From the IMG/VR virus record IMGVR_UViG_3300044716_000940: a DNA stretch of 64,000 bases. One strand, written 5' to 3'. The position numbers and the translations under genes are program-made. The notes below the pieces were generated by a model that saw only the letters and a list, made by a program, of their open reading frames with translations, did no database searches and had not been told where the DNA came from. Source of the stretch: an uncultured virus (IMG/VR IMGVR_UViG_3300044716_000940). Its lineage: Duplodnaviria > Heunggongvirae > Uroviricota > Caudoviricetes. Shown one piece after another: positions 10,201-19,550 of this stretch. Every line of letters starts with the position of its first letter. The first letter of the stretch is position 1.

Positions 10201-11324
10201 ATAATAATATTTACTGCAGCTGTGACAGCATAGTTGCCGTCATCAGGTGTGAAAGTGATTGTAAAGTCACCGGCACGAGTATAACTATATGTTGCGTTAC
10301 CAGAGGCGTCACTAGTCACATAGTGAGTAGCAACAGGTGGAACGTAAGGACTAATCTCTTCGATTGCACCTGTCTGAGCAACAGTGTCGCCATCAGCAAC
10401 AACTAAACTCAAGTTAGAGACGATACCAGAGGTGCCATCAGTGAATGTCACTGCATACGTACCAGGACCGACGTAAGTAAATACACCAGCCGCGTCTGTA
10501 GTTGCCTCAGCATTTCCATATGTCCATGTGCCAGCAGCACCACCGTCGATAGCGAAAGCATACATATATGGAACAGGCGTAGGATCAGGAGTCGCAGTAA
10601 TACGATTCTTATTTACAGCTGCTTGCTCGGCAATACCATCGCCCATATCGTAAACGCCTGACATTGCAGGAGATACGGATAGATTACATACATCAAAGCG
10701 AACGCTAGGACTTACAGTGTAACCTGTACGAGCAATAGCAGTTATCTCTGTCGTAGCTTCGGTTGACTCAGCATTATCTGGATCGAAACGAATTGTATAA
10801 GTGCCAGGAACAGTGTATTGATATGTCGCTACTAAATTAGAAGTATGAACTATACCACCTGGATAAGCAGGAACTTCAGGAACGCCAGGCGTAACTTCAG
10901 TTACACCGTCTTCGCCTAATACAGGAGGAACGGCTGGAATGGCGTCACGAGGATCGCCAAAATAGAAAGTGCCTTCGTAGTTTGCACGAGCAGATTGGTC
11001 TAACAGAGTAGCCGTTGCCGTACAATCCATAAATACCATAGACGCCGATGCAGTGTAATCACGGCCAATTTCAAAGTAGGCAATGATTTCACCGTCAGCG
11101 GTAACACGCGTCAAAGAGCGAAGCGAGTTTAGAGTGGCATCGCCACCTTGCGTAACTTTAGTTAGGATGTCTGCTTCAAGAGCAACTACGCGATCTTCCA
11201 ATGTCTCAATATTTACAGGACTTTGGGCAACCCAAGCGTAGCCTGACCATACATAAGCGGAGCCATCTGGTTGTTGAAATACATCACCATGCGTAGGATT
11301 AGTAGGAAAACTAAATGCGGTCAT
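7245..11324 (-). CDS. Large repetitive PKD/Ig-like virion surface protein
   Basis: 1359 aa with many YFGD...Y.Y...GTYT(V/I)(T/R)(F/Y) repeats joined by Pro-rich linkers. Confidence 0.7.
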   Translation of the reverse strand: MTAFSFPTNPTHGDVFQQPDGSAYVWSGYAWVAQSPVNIETLEDRVVALEADILTKVTQGGDATLNSLRSLTRVTADGEIIAYFEIGRDYTASASMVFMDCTATATLLDQSARANYEGTFYFGDPRDAIPAVPPVLGEDGVTEVTPGVPEVPAYPGGIVHTSNLVATYQYTVPGTYTIRFDPDNAESTEATTEITAIARTGYTVSPSVRFDVCNLSVSPAMSGVYDMGDGIAEQAAVNKNRITATPDPTPVPYMYAFAIDGGAAGTWTYGNAEATTDAAGVFTYVGPGTYAVTFTDGTSGIVSNLSLVVADGDTVAQTGAIEEISPYVPPVATHYVTSDASGNATYSYTRAGDFTITFTPDDGNYAVTAAVNIIMPTLYTMTISRSEMTGTFTMSPALPGTYYFGDSVAEIPEVPAVLKPHITATPNRTDNGDGTFTAGTPYMWAFAIEGGITGTWNYGDATPTVDTAGTFTYPAVGTYAVTFTRDDGVVSNLSLVVADGDTATQTSADEIITDLIPAVPAIPEGTLVSADGTGTYLYPREGTYTVRYAPDDGNDNPTGTCIAHTSVPYVISSPEYFMYKALSLAPTCGGYYDMGDSVAEVPEVPATYKNKITATPDATIGADGVTPAPVPYKWTFSVENAPAGSYNYGDSVPTVDTGAVFTYPGPGTYAVTFTDGATGNVSNLSLVVDDAPVAQTGAAEELTPYVPVVPAIPAGNVPTTDGIATYTYPRVGDYTITFYPNELSLPVTLAVSAIERTTYTISTPRDECTATLSSSPALPGVYYFGDSVPEVPEVPAVYKKHITATPTYDPVPLTFIFDTGVDGVYAFGDAEATTSATPNGASQMIYTVAGTYTVTFTETATAAVSTLSLIVPDVDPVAQTSPDEILTDVVPLVPAIPEGTLVSADGTGSYVYPREGTYTIRYVPDDHNYEATSSFIAHTSIPYVISSPEYFLYKTLSLSPTCGGQYRMGDSVAEIVGVYKAHIIATPDATIGADGVTPEPVPYKFAFTNDGVTAFSRSVVKVGSRSIRQLNAKKSGRSAGSYSYGDPAATVDTTGVFTYPAAGAYTVTFTDDATGAVSTLALNVLDTGNVQQISDNDWYIVPAPAIPEGVVATTNGIAEYTYPRPGDYTITFEPNELSKPVTLAVTAPARTTYSITASRDDRTATLASSPALPGVYYFSDGVPEVPGTPYQPPVLGEDGVTIITPEVPEVPAIPAVPEGTLVSADGTGTYAYTRDGTFTIRYVPDDHNYEATVEFISHASIPYVITPTPTNLSVSLALDIPCGGTYTFGNAVAEIPPVLDVDGVTVITPGVPAVPEGSITTTDGTGTYAYTTAGTYTITFTPNELSKPVTAPVTVTAPV

Positions 11325-11360
11325 GTGAGACCTCCTCTTTCAATTTATGTTTAGTCATAC

Positions 11361-11861
11361 TTATCCTGAGAATGCGTTGACATCACCAACTGACGTTACA
11401 GAATTAAATCTGACATCAGCACCTAACGTTGCTTTTGTTTCCATCTGCGCAATCAATGCCGCAACCTGAGTCTCAAGCGCGACAAGACGCTCTTCACTGG
11501 CCGCATCGCCAGGGATACCTTGAATGCCTTGCGGACCAACTTCGCCTTGAATACCTTGAATGCCTTGAATACCTTGCGGGCCCATAGGACCAGCTGTAGA
11601 GAGCGAAGAGACCCAAATCAGAGCGCTGTCTGTAGGATTGCGATAAGCAACAAAAGATTGACCGGTGTCGCTTTCATACCACTCTTCACCTTCTTGCAGT
11701 GGTACAGGAGGCTCTTCTGAAACCGTCAGTGTTGAGCCGCCGCCACCACCTGCGGCTGGGAGAATGTCCCAACCATATCCATTAAATTTGTACAAGATTC
11801 CAGCACCAGCGTCAACGATCTGTCCTAGCGTAGGATTTTGTGGAAATACTAAATTTGCCAT
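11361..11861 (-). CDS. Short collagen-containing fibre protein
   Basis: FPQNPTLGQ N-terminus, WYESDTG module, GIQ repeats, C-terminal GDVNAF. Confidence 0.7.
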   Translation of the reverse strand: MANLVFPQNPTLGQIVDAGAGILYKFNGYGWDILPAAGGGGGSTLTVSEEPPVPLQEGEEWYESDTGQSFVAYRNPTDSALIWVSSLSTAGPMGPQGIQGIQGIQGEVGPQGIQGIPGDAASEERLVALETQVAALIAQMETKATLGADVRFNSVTSVGDVNAFSG

Positions 11862-11871
11862 GATTTATCCT

Positions 11872-13602
11872 TTAATCTGCGACCTTGATCGCCATGCCAG
11901 TAATGGAAGCTGTTGTTGATTGTGTGCTTGCGCCGTTTTCCCAAGTCCATCCATAGCTTGGTGAATGCCATGCCCATTGGCCTGTATAGGAGTCAATTGG
12001 GTTTCCTGTAATCCAGCCACCACCATATGTGCCAGTGCGAGCAAATGGGCCTGCGGTGTTTGGTGAGATCTGCATGCTGCCAGTGCCAAGTGCATAGACA
12101 GTGCCAGTTGTGACTGATCCTGCATTTGGGCCGATCACCATCGTGCATGGCACAACTGCTCCAATTGAATTCCAACCAGCTGCGGCACCGTCGCCTTTAG
12201 GACCTTGTGGACCTACTTCACCTTGAATTCCTTGTGGACCTTGCGGACCCACTGCGCCATCTGCGCCAGCAGGACCTTGCGGACCTGGCACTGTAGAATC
12301 GGCGCCAACAGGACCTTGAGGACCAACTTCGCCTTGCGGACCGGCAGGACCTTGTGGACCAGCCACTGTTGAGTCTGCGCCAGCAGGACCAGCGGGACCA
12401 ATTTCGCCAGCAGGACCAGGAGGACCTTGGACACCATCAGTTAAATCACCAGTTACCTTAATAATATAAAGCAACGAATAGTAAGGAGGTAAGTTCCTAC
12501 CTGTAGGATCTTCACCAGATGTTGTTATTCCAGAGACACCACCTTGGACATCAAGAGTGAATGTGTGTGTGTGAGCACCGGCAGTACTAGATGTACCACG
12601 GTCTGCAGGGGTCTGACTACCACCCATATCACTAGCAAAGTCACCGCCCGGAGATACACGTTTACCCAAGACAGTACCGGGAGCACAGCTGGCCTCGCCA
12701 ACTTGGTCACCGTTTAATACGTTATGCGAGTGATCACCAGCCGCATCAGTTGTACCTGTGGCTACAGCACGACTCTGAACGAGCTCATGGGTATGGCTAG
12801 GCAACGCAGCATCTAAGTAGCCACCGATAGAACCGGCAGCATAGAGATTACCAGCGCCAATAACAAATTTGTCGCGTAAGTCTGGACGACCTTCTGCACC
12901 ATCGCATGGCGCCCAACCTTGTGGAACGCTTTCAACTGTGCCAGACCAAATAGCAATAGTGCCAATTGGTGTGCCACCAGGAGCAGGAGCACCTTGAGGA
13001 CCTGTGGCACCTACAATCTTACCAGCATCATCCCACAAACTTGTCGTGCTATTCCATACATACGCGTTGCCTGTATCATCGGCGATGTAGACATCACCAT
13101 GCGTTGCACTAGCAGGCAGAGCAGCGACTGTGGCCACTCGACCTACGTAACGTAAGCCAATACCTTGCGCGCCAGGCTCGCCTTGCGGACCTTGCGGACC
13201 AGGCACTGTTGAAGAGGCACCAGCAGGACCGACTTCACCTTGAATTCCTTGCGGACCTTGCGGACCGACTTCACCTTGAATACCTTGTGGACCACTTACA
13301 GCGTCTACTTGAGACACTGCGATCCAACACCCAACGAGAGTGTCTGGATTTACATACCAAATATATGAGCGACCGGAGTCGGTCTCAAACCACGTCTGAC
13401 CCTCAATAGGAGCGTCAGGAGGAGTAGGACTTGACACAACACCACTACCGCCACCGTTTCCAGTGGCAGCAGTAGCTTGTATGGTACCGTCAGGAAATGC
13501 TAACGGACCGACTAATTGTGCGACATCATCAACCGCAAGTTCTCCTAGAGCCACGACGTTTCCGTCTGCATCATATATTGCTTTTACTAATAGTGCTGTC
13601 AT
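11872..13602 (-). CDS. Collagen fibre protein with tail-collar domain
   Basis: [10 protein letters not shown]...PQGWAPCDG...[10 protein letters not shown] collar motif and [13 protein letters not shown]; Gly-X-Y tracts. Confidence 0.85.
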   Translation of the reverse strand: MTALLVKAIYDADGNVVALGELAVDDVAQLVGPLAFPDGTIQATAATGNGGGSGVVSSPTPPDAPIEGQTWFETDSGRSYIWYVNPDTLVGCWIAVSQVDAVSGPQGIQGEVGPQGPQGIQGEVGPAGASSTVPGPQGPQGEPGAQGIGLRYVGRVATVAALPASATHGDVYIADDTGNAYVWNSTTSLWDDAGKIVGATGPQGAPAPGGTPIGTIAIWSGTVESVPQGWAPCDGAEGRPDLRDKFVIGAGNLYAAGSIGGYLDAALPSHTHELVQSRAVATGTTDAAGDHSHNVLNGDQVGEASCAPGTVLGKRVSPGGDFASDMGGSQTPADRGTSSTAGAHTHTFTLDVQGGVSGITTSGEDPTGRNLPPYYSLLYIIKVTGDLTDGVQGPPGPAGEIGPAGPAGADSTVAGPQGPAGPQGEVGPQGPVGADSTVPGPQGPAGADGAVGPQGPQGIQGEVGPQGPKGDGAAAGWNSIGAVVPCTMVIGPNAGSVTTGTVYALGTGSMQISPNTAGPFARTGTYGGGWITGNPIDSYTGQWAWHSPSYGWTWENGASTQSTTASITGMAIKVAD

Positions 13603-13614
13603 GGCTCAAACTCC

Positions 13615-14634
13615 TTAGATAAACTTAATAGGCTTCAATGTACCGTTAGTGTCATAAAATGGTAATGCTTTGTTTGCAACTTCTTGAACAGCAGCTTGAA
13701 CGTTTGTGGCAGCAATTGCTGTATCAGCAGGAGTACCTACTACTGGTGTAAATGCAACATCAACAGCAGCTACGTCTTTAATAGCACCTTCAGTAGATTC
13801 TTGTAACTGAACGATAGCAGCTTCAAGTTGATTCAATGAGCCTTGAACTTCAGCAGACTTCAGAATTGGACCAACGCCGTATGTACGAACTTGAACAGCA
13901 GCATAGTCGCCGTCTGTTGGAACTACTGCGCCTGAACGACCATTGAAAGCGTTTACATAGTTACGACCTTCGATGTTCTGAACTTGAGACTCAATAATGC
14001 CCAATGCTTGGTCGGCTTGGTCTAAAGCGGCTTGAACGTCTGTGCCTTTTAGAATCTTATTGCCATTTGCGTCGTATGTGGTGCCAGCAGCAGTAGCAAC
14101 ACGAGCAGAGTAAGGTAAGTGAGCCCACTTAGCTGAACTGTCGTTGTAGATTAACCAATCGCCAATCTCAACCGCAACTCCAGCCGCATCTCCAACAGTA
14201 CGTTGACCAGCTGTATTGAAAATGTAGTAAGGAACAACGGCGCCACCGGCAGCAGGCTTTGCAGGATCTGCAGAGTTGAAGCCTAATGTGCCAGCGAACT
14301 TAGTAGCACCTTGGATATTAGAAACTTGGTTAGCGATTGCTTGGAATGCGTCTTGAACGTTAGCTGCTCCAGCAACTACAGGTGATAATACAACTTGGCT
14401 ACCAGTGTAGTCGCCAGTTGCGGGTAGAACATTACCTTTACGGCCAGCGAAGCCAGTGACGTTTTCACCAGGAACGTATGCAGTAGTTTGTTGAGTTTTA
14501 TCTTGGAACTCTAAGGGACCAGGAACGATCGCGATATCGCCTTGGACGAGTTCGCCTAATCCAACGACTTTACCTTCGACGTCGCGGATTGGTTTAATTA
14601 GAATTGCTGAAACAGTTTTTGGGGCGATTGCCAT
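13615..14634 (-). CDS. Fibre/structural protein
   Basis: Repeated F.GR.G.V.P..GDY and NVQ.A motifs seen in phage fibres. Confidence 0.6.
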   Translation of the reverse strand: MAIAPKTVSAILIKPIRDVEGKVVGLGELVQGDIAIVPGPLEFQDKTQQTTAYVPGENVTGFAGRKGNVLPATGDYTGSQVVLSPVVAGAANVQDAFQAIANQVSNIQGATKFAGTLGFNSADPAKPAAGGAVVPYYIFNTAGQRTVGDAAGVAVEIGDWLIYNDSSAKWAHLPYSARVATAAGTTYDANGNKILKGTDVQAALDQADQALGIIESQVQNIEGRNYVNAFNGRSGAVVPTDGDYAAVQVRTYGVGPILKSAEVQGSLNQLEAAIVQLQESTEGAIKDVAAVDVAFTPVVGTPADTAIAATNVQAAVQEVANKALPFYDTNGTLKPIKFI

Positions 14635-14643
14635 ATGGACTCC

Positions 14644-15012
14644 TTAGGGATTTAGTGGGAATGCTGACGGTGATCCGTCTGTATTGTAAAACGGGAATGT
14701 AGCGCTGACTGAGACTTTTACAGATCCTGGCTCAGTGCCAGGTTCGCCAGTCAATCCGCTACCTAATTCTATATTACTATTTGAAGAACCACCCTCACCA
14801 CTACCAGGCTCACCCTGTGGGCCGACTAGACTATCTAGCCATTCTTGTTCTGTACCAACGAAACCGTTGGCTAATGCAACTTCATACGCTGACGCACCGG
14901 CAGGACCTTGTGGGCCCGTAGGACCAGCAGGACCAGCAGGACCTTGCGGTCCCGGCGGGCCTTCTGTGCCAGTGTCGCGCATCATTCTATATGTATCTGG
15001 AAAACCAGCCAT
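14644..15012 (-). CDS. Small collagen-like protein
   Basis: GASAYEVALANGFVGTEQEWLDSLVG motif plus Gly-X-Y repeats. Confidence 0.75.
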   Translation of the reverse strand: MAGFPDTYRMMRDTGTEGPPGPQGPAGPAGPTGPQGPAGASAYEVALANGFVGTEQEWLDSLVGPQGEPGSGEGGSSNSNIELGSGLTGEPGTEPGSVKVSVSATFPFYNTDGSPSAFPLNP

Positions 15013-15023
15013 GATTTTCTCCT

Positions 15024-15428
15024 TTACGCTGTAACTGTGATAGAGTATGTGTTACCACCAAACTCTGGATGCTCGGCAGTGCCTAAATCTTGACAGACGA
15101 CTTCTTTAGTGCCGTAAGATTTATAGGCATGAACCATAACGTTTGAGCCATAGCCACCGCCTTCGTTTGATGCGCTAGGACCATCCCAGTCCCAGTGGTA
15201 AGTACCAGAACCACCTACAGCAGTAAATTCAAACTCACGAGTGTTGCCAGTTTTGCGCCATAAAATGTTAGACAGAGGACCACCAGCAGCAGGAACAAGG
15301 TAGATGTCTTTCCAGACACCTCCAATGTTCACTTTAGCCGATGTTACAGGTTTCCATGCACCGCCAATATTTACTTTCTCAGGAGTGCCTTCTTTCCAGG
15401 CACCACTTACATTGACAGCTATGGTCAT
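15024..15428 (-). CDS. Small fibre-associated protein
   Basis: Three VNI/VxGxWK repeats then a PKD-like C-terminus. Confidence 0.55.
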   Translation of the reverse strand: MTIAVNVSGAWKEGTPEKVNIGGAWKPVTSAKVNIGGVWKDIYLVPAAGGPLSNILWRKTGNTREFEFTAVGGSGTYHWDWDGPSASNEGGGYGSNVMVHAYKSYGTKEVVCQDLGTAEHPEFGGNTYSITVTA

Positions 15429-18400
15429 GGTGTATACCTCACTAATAATGCACCTTCAGGATAATCTGCAGCAGCAGGCTCAGTAGCTCCATCAGCAACA
15501 GATACTATCGTTGCGCCAGCTTTAGAGTCTACATATTGTTTAGTAGCCGCATGCAATGGATCTGCAGGATCTGCAGGCAACTTAATAGGAACGAGTGAAG
15601 TATGTAAAACATCGTTCACACTAAACCGTTGTTGACCGCCAGCATAGAATGCGAAGCCAGTACCGACTTTCGCTAAGTAACCGCCACCACTACCAAACTC
15701 TAACCCAACGCCACTTGCAGGAGTTGTTATCTTTTGGAAGAATGTAGTACCTGTCGCTGTAGCGTTTAAGATGTTTGTAGTGCCATAGCGAATCGCAACA
15801 CCACCGCTTGCACCGAACACGTTATAAGTAGATGTGCCAAATGTTAGTGATTGCACAGTAGTTGGTAGTGTAATACCACCAGTCATCGTGCCACCAGCTA
15901 ATGGAAGGTAAGCACCTGCTCCACCGCCACCGCCTGCTGCGACTTTATCGTCAACATACTTCTTGGTTGCTGCTTGTAAATCCAAAGTCGGTGCACTAGG
16001 CAACGTAATTGGCTTTGCAGCGTCAAGCGACGTCTTAGTCCATGTGAATAGCGGATCGGAATTAAACTGCCACCGCATGCCACCTTCGCTTGCAAGCATA
16101 GTTAGATTATAGTTGCCAGCAGGTTCGCTACCAAACCGTAAAGGTTGAGTGCCAGAGCCTGTCATTCCTAACATACCAGTAAGTGCTCCACCGGTTAACG
16201 GTAGATAAGCACCAGTTGTGGCGCTTGCTGCAACCAAGTCATCGACATACTTCTTAGACGCCGCGTGCTCATCTAATGTAGGAACCGTGAGGATTCTAAG
16301 TGGAACTGTTGCAGCGACATAGTCTTCGTTGAAACCTAAGACAGATTTTGTGCCATAACGGAGAGCAGTGCTAGTCAAAACGGCTTGGAAATTAAATCCA
16401 TTATCCATCATGAAAGCGACAGCACCATCGCCTTTGACATTGATAGGGCCAGTCATGTCTCCACCAGATGTTGGTAGATAGCCAGTTGGCTTTCCAACAT
16501 ACAGGAAACCGTCAGTGCCTAACGTCGCAGTGTTATCTGCATCAGCAGAAACAGCGGTTGGACCGGCAGGACCTTGCGGACCTTCAGGACCTACAGCGCC
16601 TTCAGCACCAGCTTCGCCTTGTGGACCAGTAGGACCAACGATAGGACCAGCATTTTCAAACGCAGCGGCACCATCGTCCCAAACCCACGCATCGCCAGTC
16701 GCGTCGATGATATACATATCACCTTGAGTGGCAGTTGCAGGTAAATCACCAACAGTCGCTACACGACCTTTAAATGTAATACCTAAGCCAGGAATACCTT
16801 GGTCGCCTTGGTCGCCTTTAGGACCGACATCACCTTTAGGACCGGCAGGACCTGTAAGACCTTGCTCGCCTTGTGGACCAGCAGGACCAACTTCGCCTTG
16901 CGGACCAGTATTACCGATATCGCCTTTAGCACCAACGTCGCCTTGTGGACCGAGGTCACCTTTAGGACCTACTTCTCCTTGAATACCTTGTGGACCAGGC
17001 ACAGTTGAGTCAGCGCCGTTTGCGCCAGCAGGACCTTGCGGACCTTCAGCGCCAGCAGGACCAACAGCACCATCAGCGCCGTCTTTGCCATCTGCACCAG
17101 CAGGACCAGGCACCGTTGAATCGGCACCAGCAGGACCTTGAGCACCATCTGCTCCAGCAGGACCGCGAAGACCATCTTTACCGTCTGCGCCGGCTGGGCC
17201 TTGTGGACCAGCAGGACCTTGAGGACCAGTGTCGCCTTTAGGACCCATAGGACCGCGTGGACCTTGCGGACCAACACTGCCTTCGCCGCCGCCACCGCCT
17301 ACGCTACCAGTCAATGGAGGCGCAATAGCCATCATCAACTGCCAGTTATCGCCTGATTGCTTGATAGCTTCACCAGAGATAAACTCCATTGGAGCCACAC
17401 CACTTACGGTATTCTTAGCGATTGAGACGCCGTTAGTAAAGGTCACCACATCACCACGTTGATACGTCGTATTGGAGTTCCATAGACCACGGAAATCGTT
17501 GATTGGTAATTCAAATTGGTCTAAACGCTCTAACCATTGTTTTGTAACTAAATCCTGAACTAATGAAAGCACAGGCAAATCGAATGAGATACGTGAGCCA
17601 TCGCTCTTGATAAAGCTAAGCGACTCAGTATCGTAATCATATGCAGCGTCAATAATATCTACAGCATCAAAGCCTTTTTCGCCTTGAGGACCTTGGGGAC
17701 CTAAGTCACCTTTGATACCACGTTCACCGCGCTTGCATAGTAAATTCCAATCTGGAGTTGAGCCAGGCTCGCCTGCAGGCTGAGATTTATTTGCTATCCA
17801 AGCAGACCCCGACGACGAGATGACGACGTCGAGTCTTTCATAATTTGTATCAGCATTCCAAGCCTTACGAAACTCAAAGCCACGAAGCACGAGACTATAA
17901 GCTGTGCTATTACCAGGAACGCTATCACTATCTCGATTGGCAACATAATATCTTCCATCATGTTCGACCCACTGACCCGCTTTAATAACAGTATCAGGAG
18001 TCCATTGTTGAACTTTAGCACGATTAGCCTCGGTAATGGCCATTTCTAATTGAATAGATTTGGTATTAGCTACAGCAATCGCTTTATCGAATTCAAAGAT
18101 TTGCTCGGCAACAGCAGCCTTTTGCATATCAATGAGTTCACTTGTTGACTCTTTTACTTCATCCTCTAAAGCAGCCTTTGTGATTGTTAGCTCTTCTTCA
18201 GCAGCCTTTGCAATCAACTCTTGGTTAGCCAGGAACTCATCTACAGAGGCAAGTTTATCTTCAACTTGTGCCTGTGTGTCTTGAGCGAGGGATTTAAATT
18301 GCTCTGTATAGTTGCTATTGTATTCAGCAAACAAAGTGTCTAGGTGAGCTTTGGCAACCTCTGGTGATACTTTGAGAGCATCAATGAGGTCGTTATCACA

Positions 18401-19192
18401 TTTAAATAGAGTAAGAAATTCTTCTGGATCGAAATCTTTACCGTCAACACCATTCTGACCATCGGCACCTTTAATAACGCCTAAGTCGATTGCTTGACCG
18501 TCGCTCATTTCGATTGTGAGAGCACCTTCTTCGGTAATCTCAAAAGCCTTAATACTTAGGCCTTCAGGTCCAATCTCGCCTCGTTCTCCCTGCTCTCCTT
18601 TTTCACCAGTAAGGCCGGTAGGACCTTCTTGACCTTGAGGTCCTGTGATGGATTTAACGAACTCTTCGTCAGATAGGAAACTTGATTTGAGTTCCTGAAC
18701 TGTAACTGATTGACCAGATTCACCTTTTTCTCCTTGCGGACCTTGCTCGCCTTTTTCACCGATAAGTGATTTGACGAACTCAGCGTCGTTGATTAAGACT
18801 TCTTTAACCTGCTCAAGAGTGACTGACTCGCCGGCTTCGCCTTGCTCGCCTTTTTCACCTTGTAAACCTTGCTCGCCTTGGGCGCCTTGCGCTCCTTTAG
18901 CGGCAGCTAAAAATTCTTCATCAGCAATAAGCGATGCGATAGCCTCTTCAACAGAAACACTAGTGCCATCTTTACCGTCAAGACCTTTTTCGCCTTGTGG
19001 ACCAACTTCACCTTGCGGACCTTGCTCGCCTTGAATGCCTTGCTCACCGGCTGGAATCGCTTTAACTAAATCATACACTTCATTTAGTTTTTCGTTAGAT
19101 TCTTGGATAATGTCAAGGACGACTTGGTCCTTTTCATCTACGTATTGTTTGAGCTGCGAAGCAGCGGCAACGATTGCCTTTTCTACTGTCAT
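15425..19192 (-). CDS. Large collagen/coiled-coil fibre protein
   Basis: Probable start MTVEKA at 19192 behind AAGGAA; Gly-X-Y tracts, CBM5/12-like W...Y..GDVV modules, YLPL.GG.MTG and A.TKKYVD fibre repeats. Confidence 0.8.
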   Translation of the reverse strand: MTVEKAIVAAASQLKQYVDEKDQVVLDIIQESNEKLNEVYDLVKAIPAGEQGIQGEQGPQGEVGPQGEKGLDGKDGTSVSVEEAIASLIADEEFLAAAKGAQGAQGEQGLQGEKGEQGEAGESVTLEQVKEVLINDAEFVKSLIGEKGEQGPQGEKGESGQSVTVQELKSSFLSDEEFVKSITGPQGQEGPTGLTGEKGEQGERGEIGPEGLSIKAFEITEEGALTIEMSDGQAIDLGVIKGADGQNGVDGKDFDPEEFLTLFKCDNDLIDALKVSPEVAKAHLDTLFAEYNSNYTEQFKSLAQDTQAQVEDKLASVDEFLANQELIAKAAEEELTITKAALEDEVKESTSELIDMQKAAVAEQIFEFDKAIAVANTKSIQLEMAITEANRAKVQQWTPDTVIKAGQWVEHDGRYYVANRDSDSVPGNSTAYSLVLRGFEFRKAWNADTNYERLDVVISSSGSAWIANKSQPAGEPGSTPDWNLLCKRGERGIKGDLGPQGPQGEKGFDAVDIIDAAYDYDTESLSFIKSDGSRISFDLPVLSLVQDLVTKQWLERLDQFELPINDFRGLWNSNTTYQRGDVVTFTNGVSIAKNTVSGVAPMEFISGEAIKQSGDNWQLMMAIAPPLTGSVGGGGGEGSVGPQGPRGPMGPKGDTGPQGPAGPQGPAGADGKDGLRGPAGADGAQGPAGADSTVPGPAGADGKDGADGAVGPAGAEGPQGPAGANGADSTVPGPQGIQGEVGPKGDLGPQGDVGAKGDIGNTGPQGEVGPAGPQGEQGLTGPAGPKGDVGPKGDQGDQGIPGLGITFKGRVATVGDLPATATQGDMYIIDATGDAWVWDDGAAAFENAGPIVGPTGPQGEAGAEGAVGPEGPQGPAGPTAVSADADNTATLGTDGFLYVGKPTGYLPTSGGDMTGPINVKGDGAVAFMMDNGFNFQAVLTSTALRYGTKSVLGFNEDYVAATVPLRILTVPTLDEHAASKKYVDDLVAASATTGAYLPLTGGALTGMLGMTGSGTQPLRFGSEPAGNYNLTMLASEGGMRWQFNSDPLFTWTKTSLDAAKPITLPSAPTLDLQAATKKYVDDKVAAGGGGGAGAYLPLAGGTMTGGITLPTTVQSLTFGTSTYNVFGASGGVAIRYGTTNILNATATGTTFFQKITTPASGVGLEFGSGGGYLAKVGTGFAFYAGGQQRFSVNDVLHTSLVPIKLPADPADPLHAATKQYVDSKAGATIVSVADGATEPAAADYPEGALLVRYTP

Positions 19193-19286
19193 GTTTCTAT
19201 TCCTTATCGTGAAGCCGATTGTGATTATCTGGAGGTTGTATAAACAACTTTCCAAAGACCGTGATTAGCGGCCTTCAGAAAATCGT

Positions 19287-19550
19287 TTAAGATTTATTTA
19301 ATAGAGCTTTTGCAGCTTCAATAGCCGCAGTTAATCGCTCATTAGGAAATAACTTGGTGCCTTGAATACGTGGCACGTTATCGTCTTCCGTAAGTCCTTC
19401 GATAAGTTGTTCAAGCTTATCTATAACATCTTCTTTAGAAGGATTTGGTTCCATATCTAACCATTCGTTGAATATCTCAAACTCGGTTTCGAATTGATCT
19501 GGAAAGCCAAAATACTTGTCGAACATTCCTAATGCTTCATCTTTTGTCAT
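19287..19550 (-). CDS. Small acidic protein (possible immunity partner)
   Basis: 87 aa acidic; start overlaps stop of the upstream HNH protein. Confidence 0.5.
   Translation of the reverse strand: MTKDEALGMFDKYFGFPDQFETEFEIFNEWLDMEPNPSKEDVIDKLEQLIEGLTEDDNVPRIQGTKLFPNERLTAAIEAAKALLNKS

Noticed and set aside
6261..19268. Many short antisense and alternate-frame ORFs over collagen genes
   Set aside because: Shadows of Gly-X-Y codon periodicity overlapping well-supported genes
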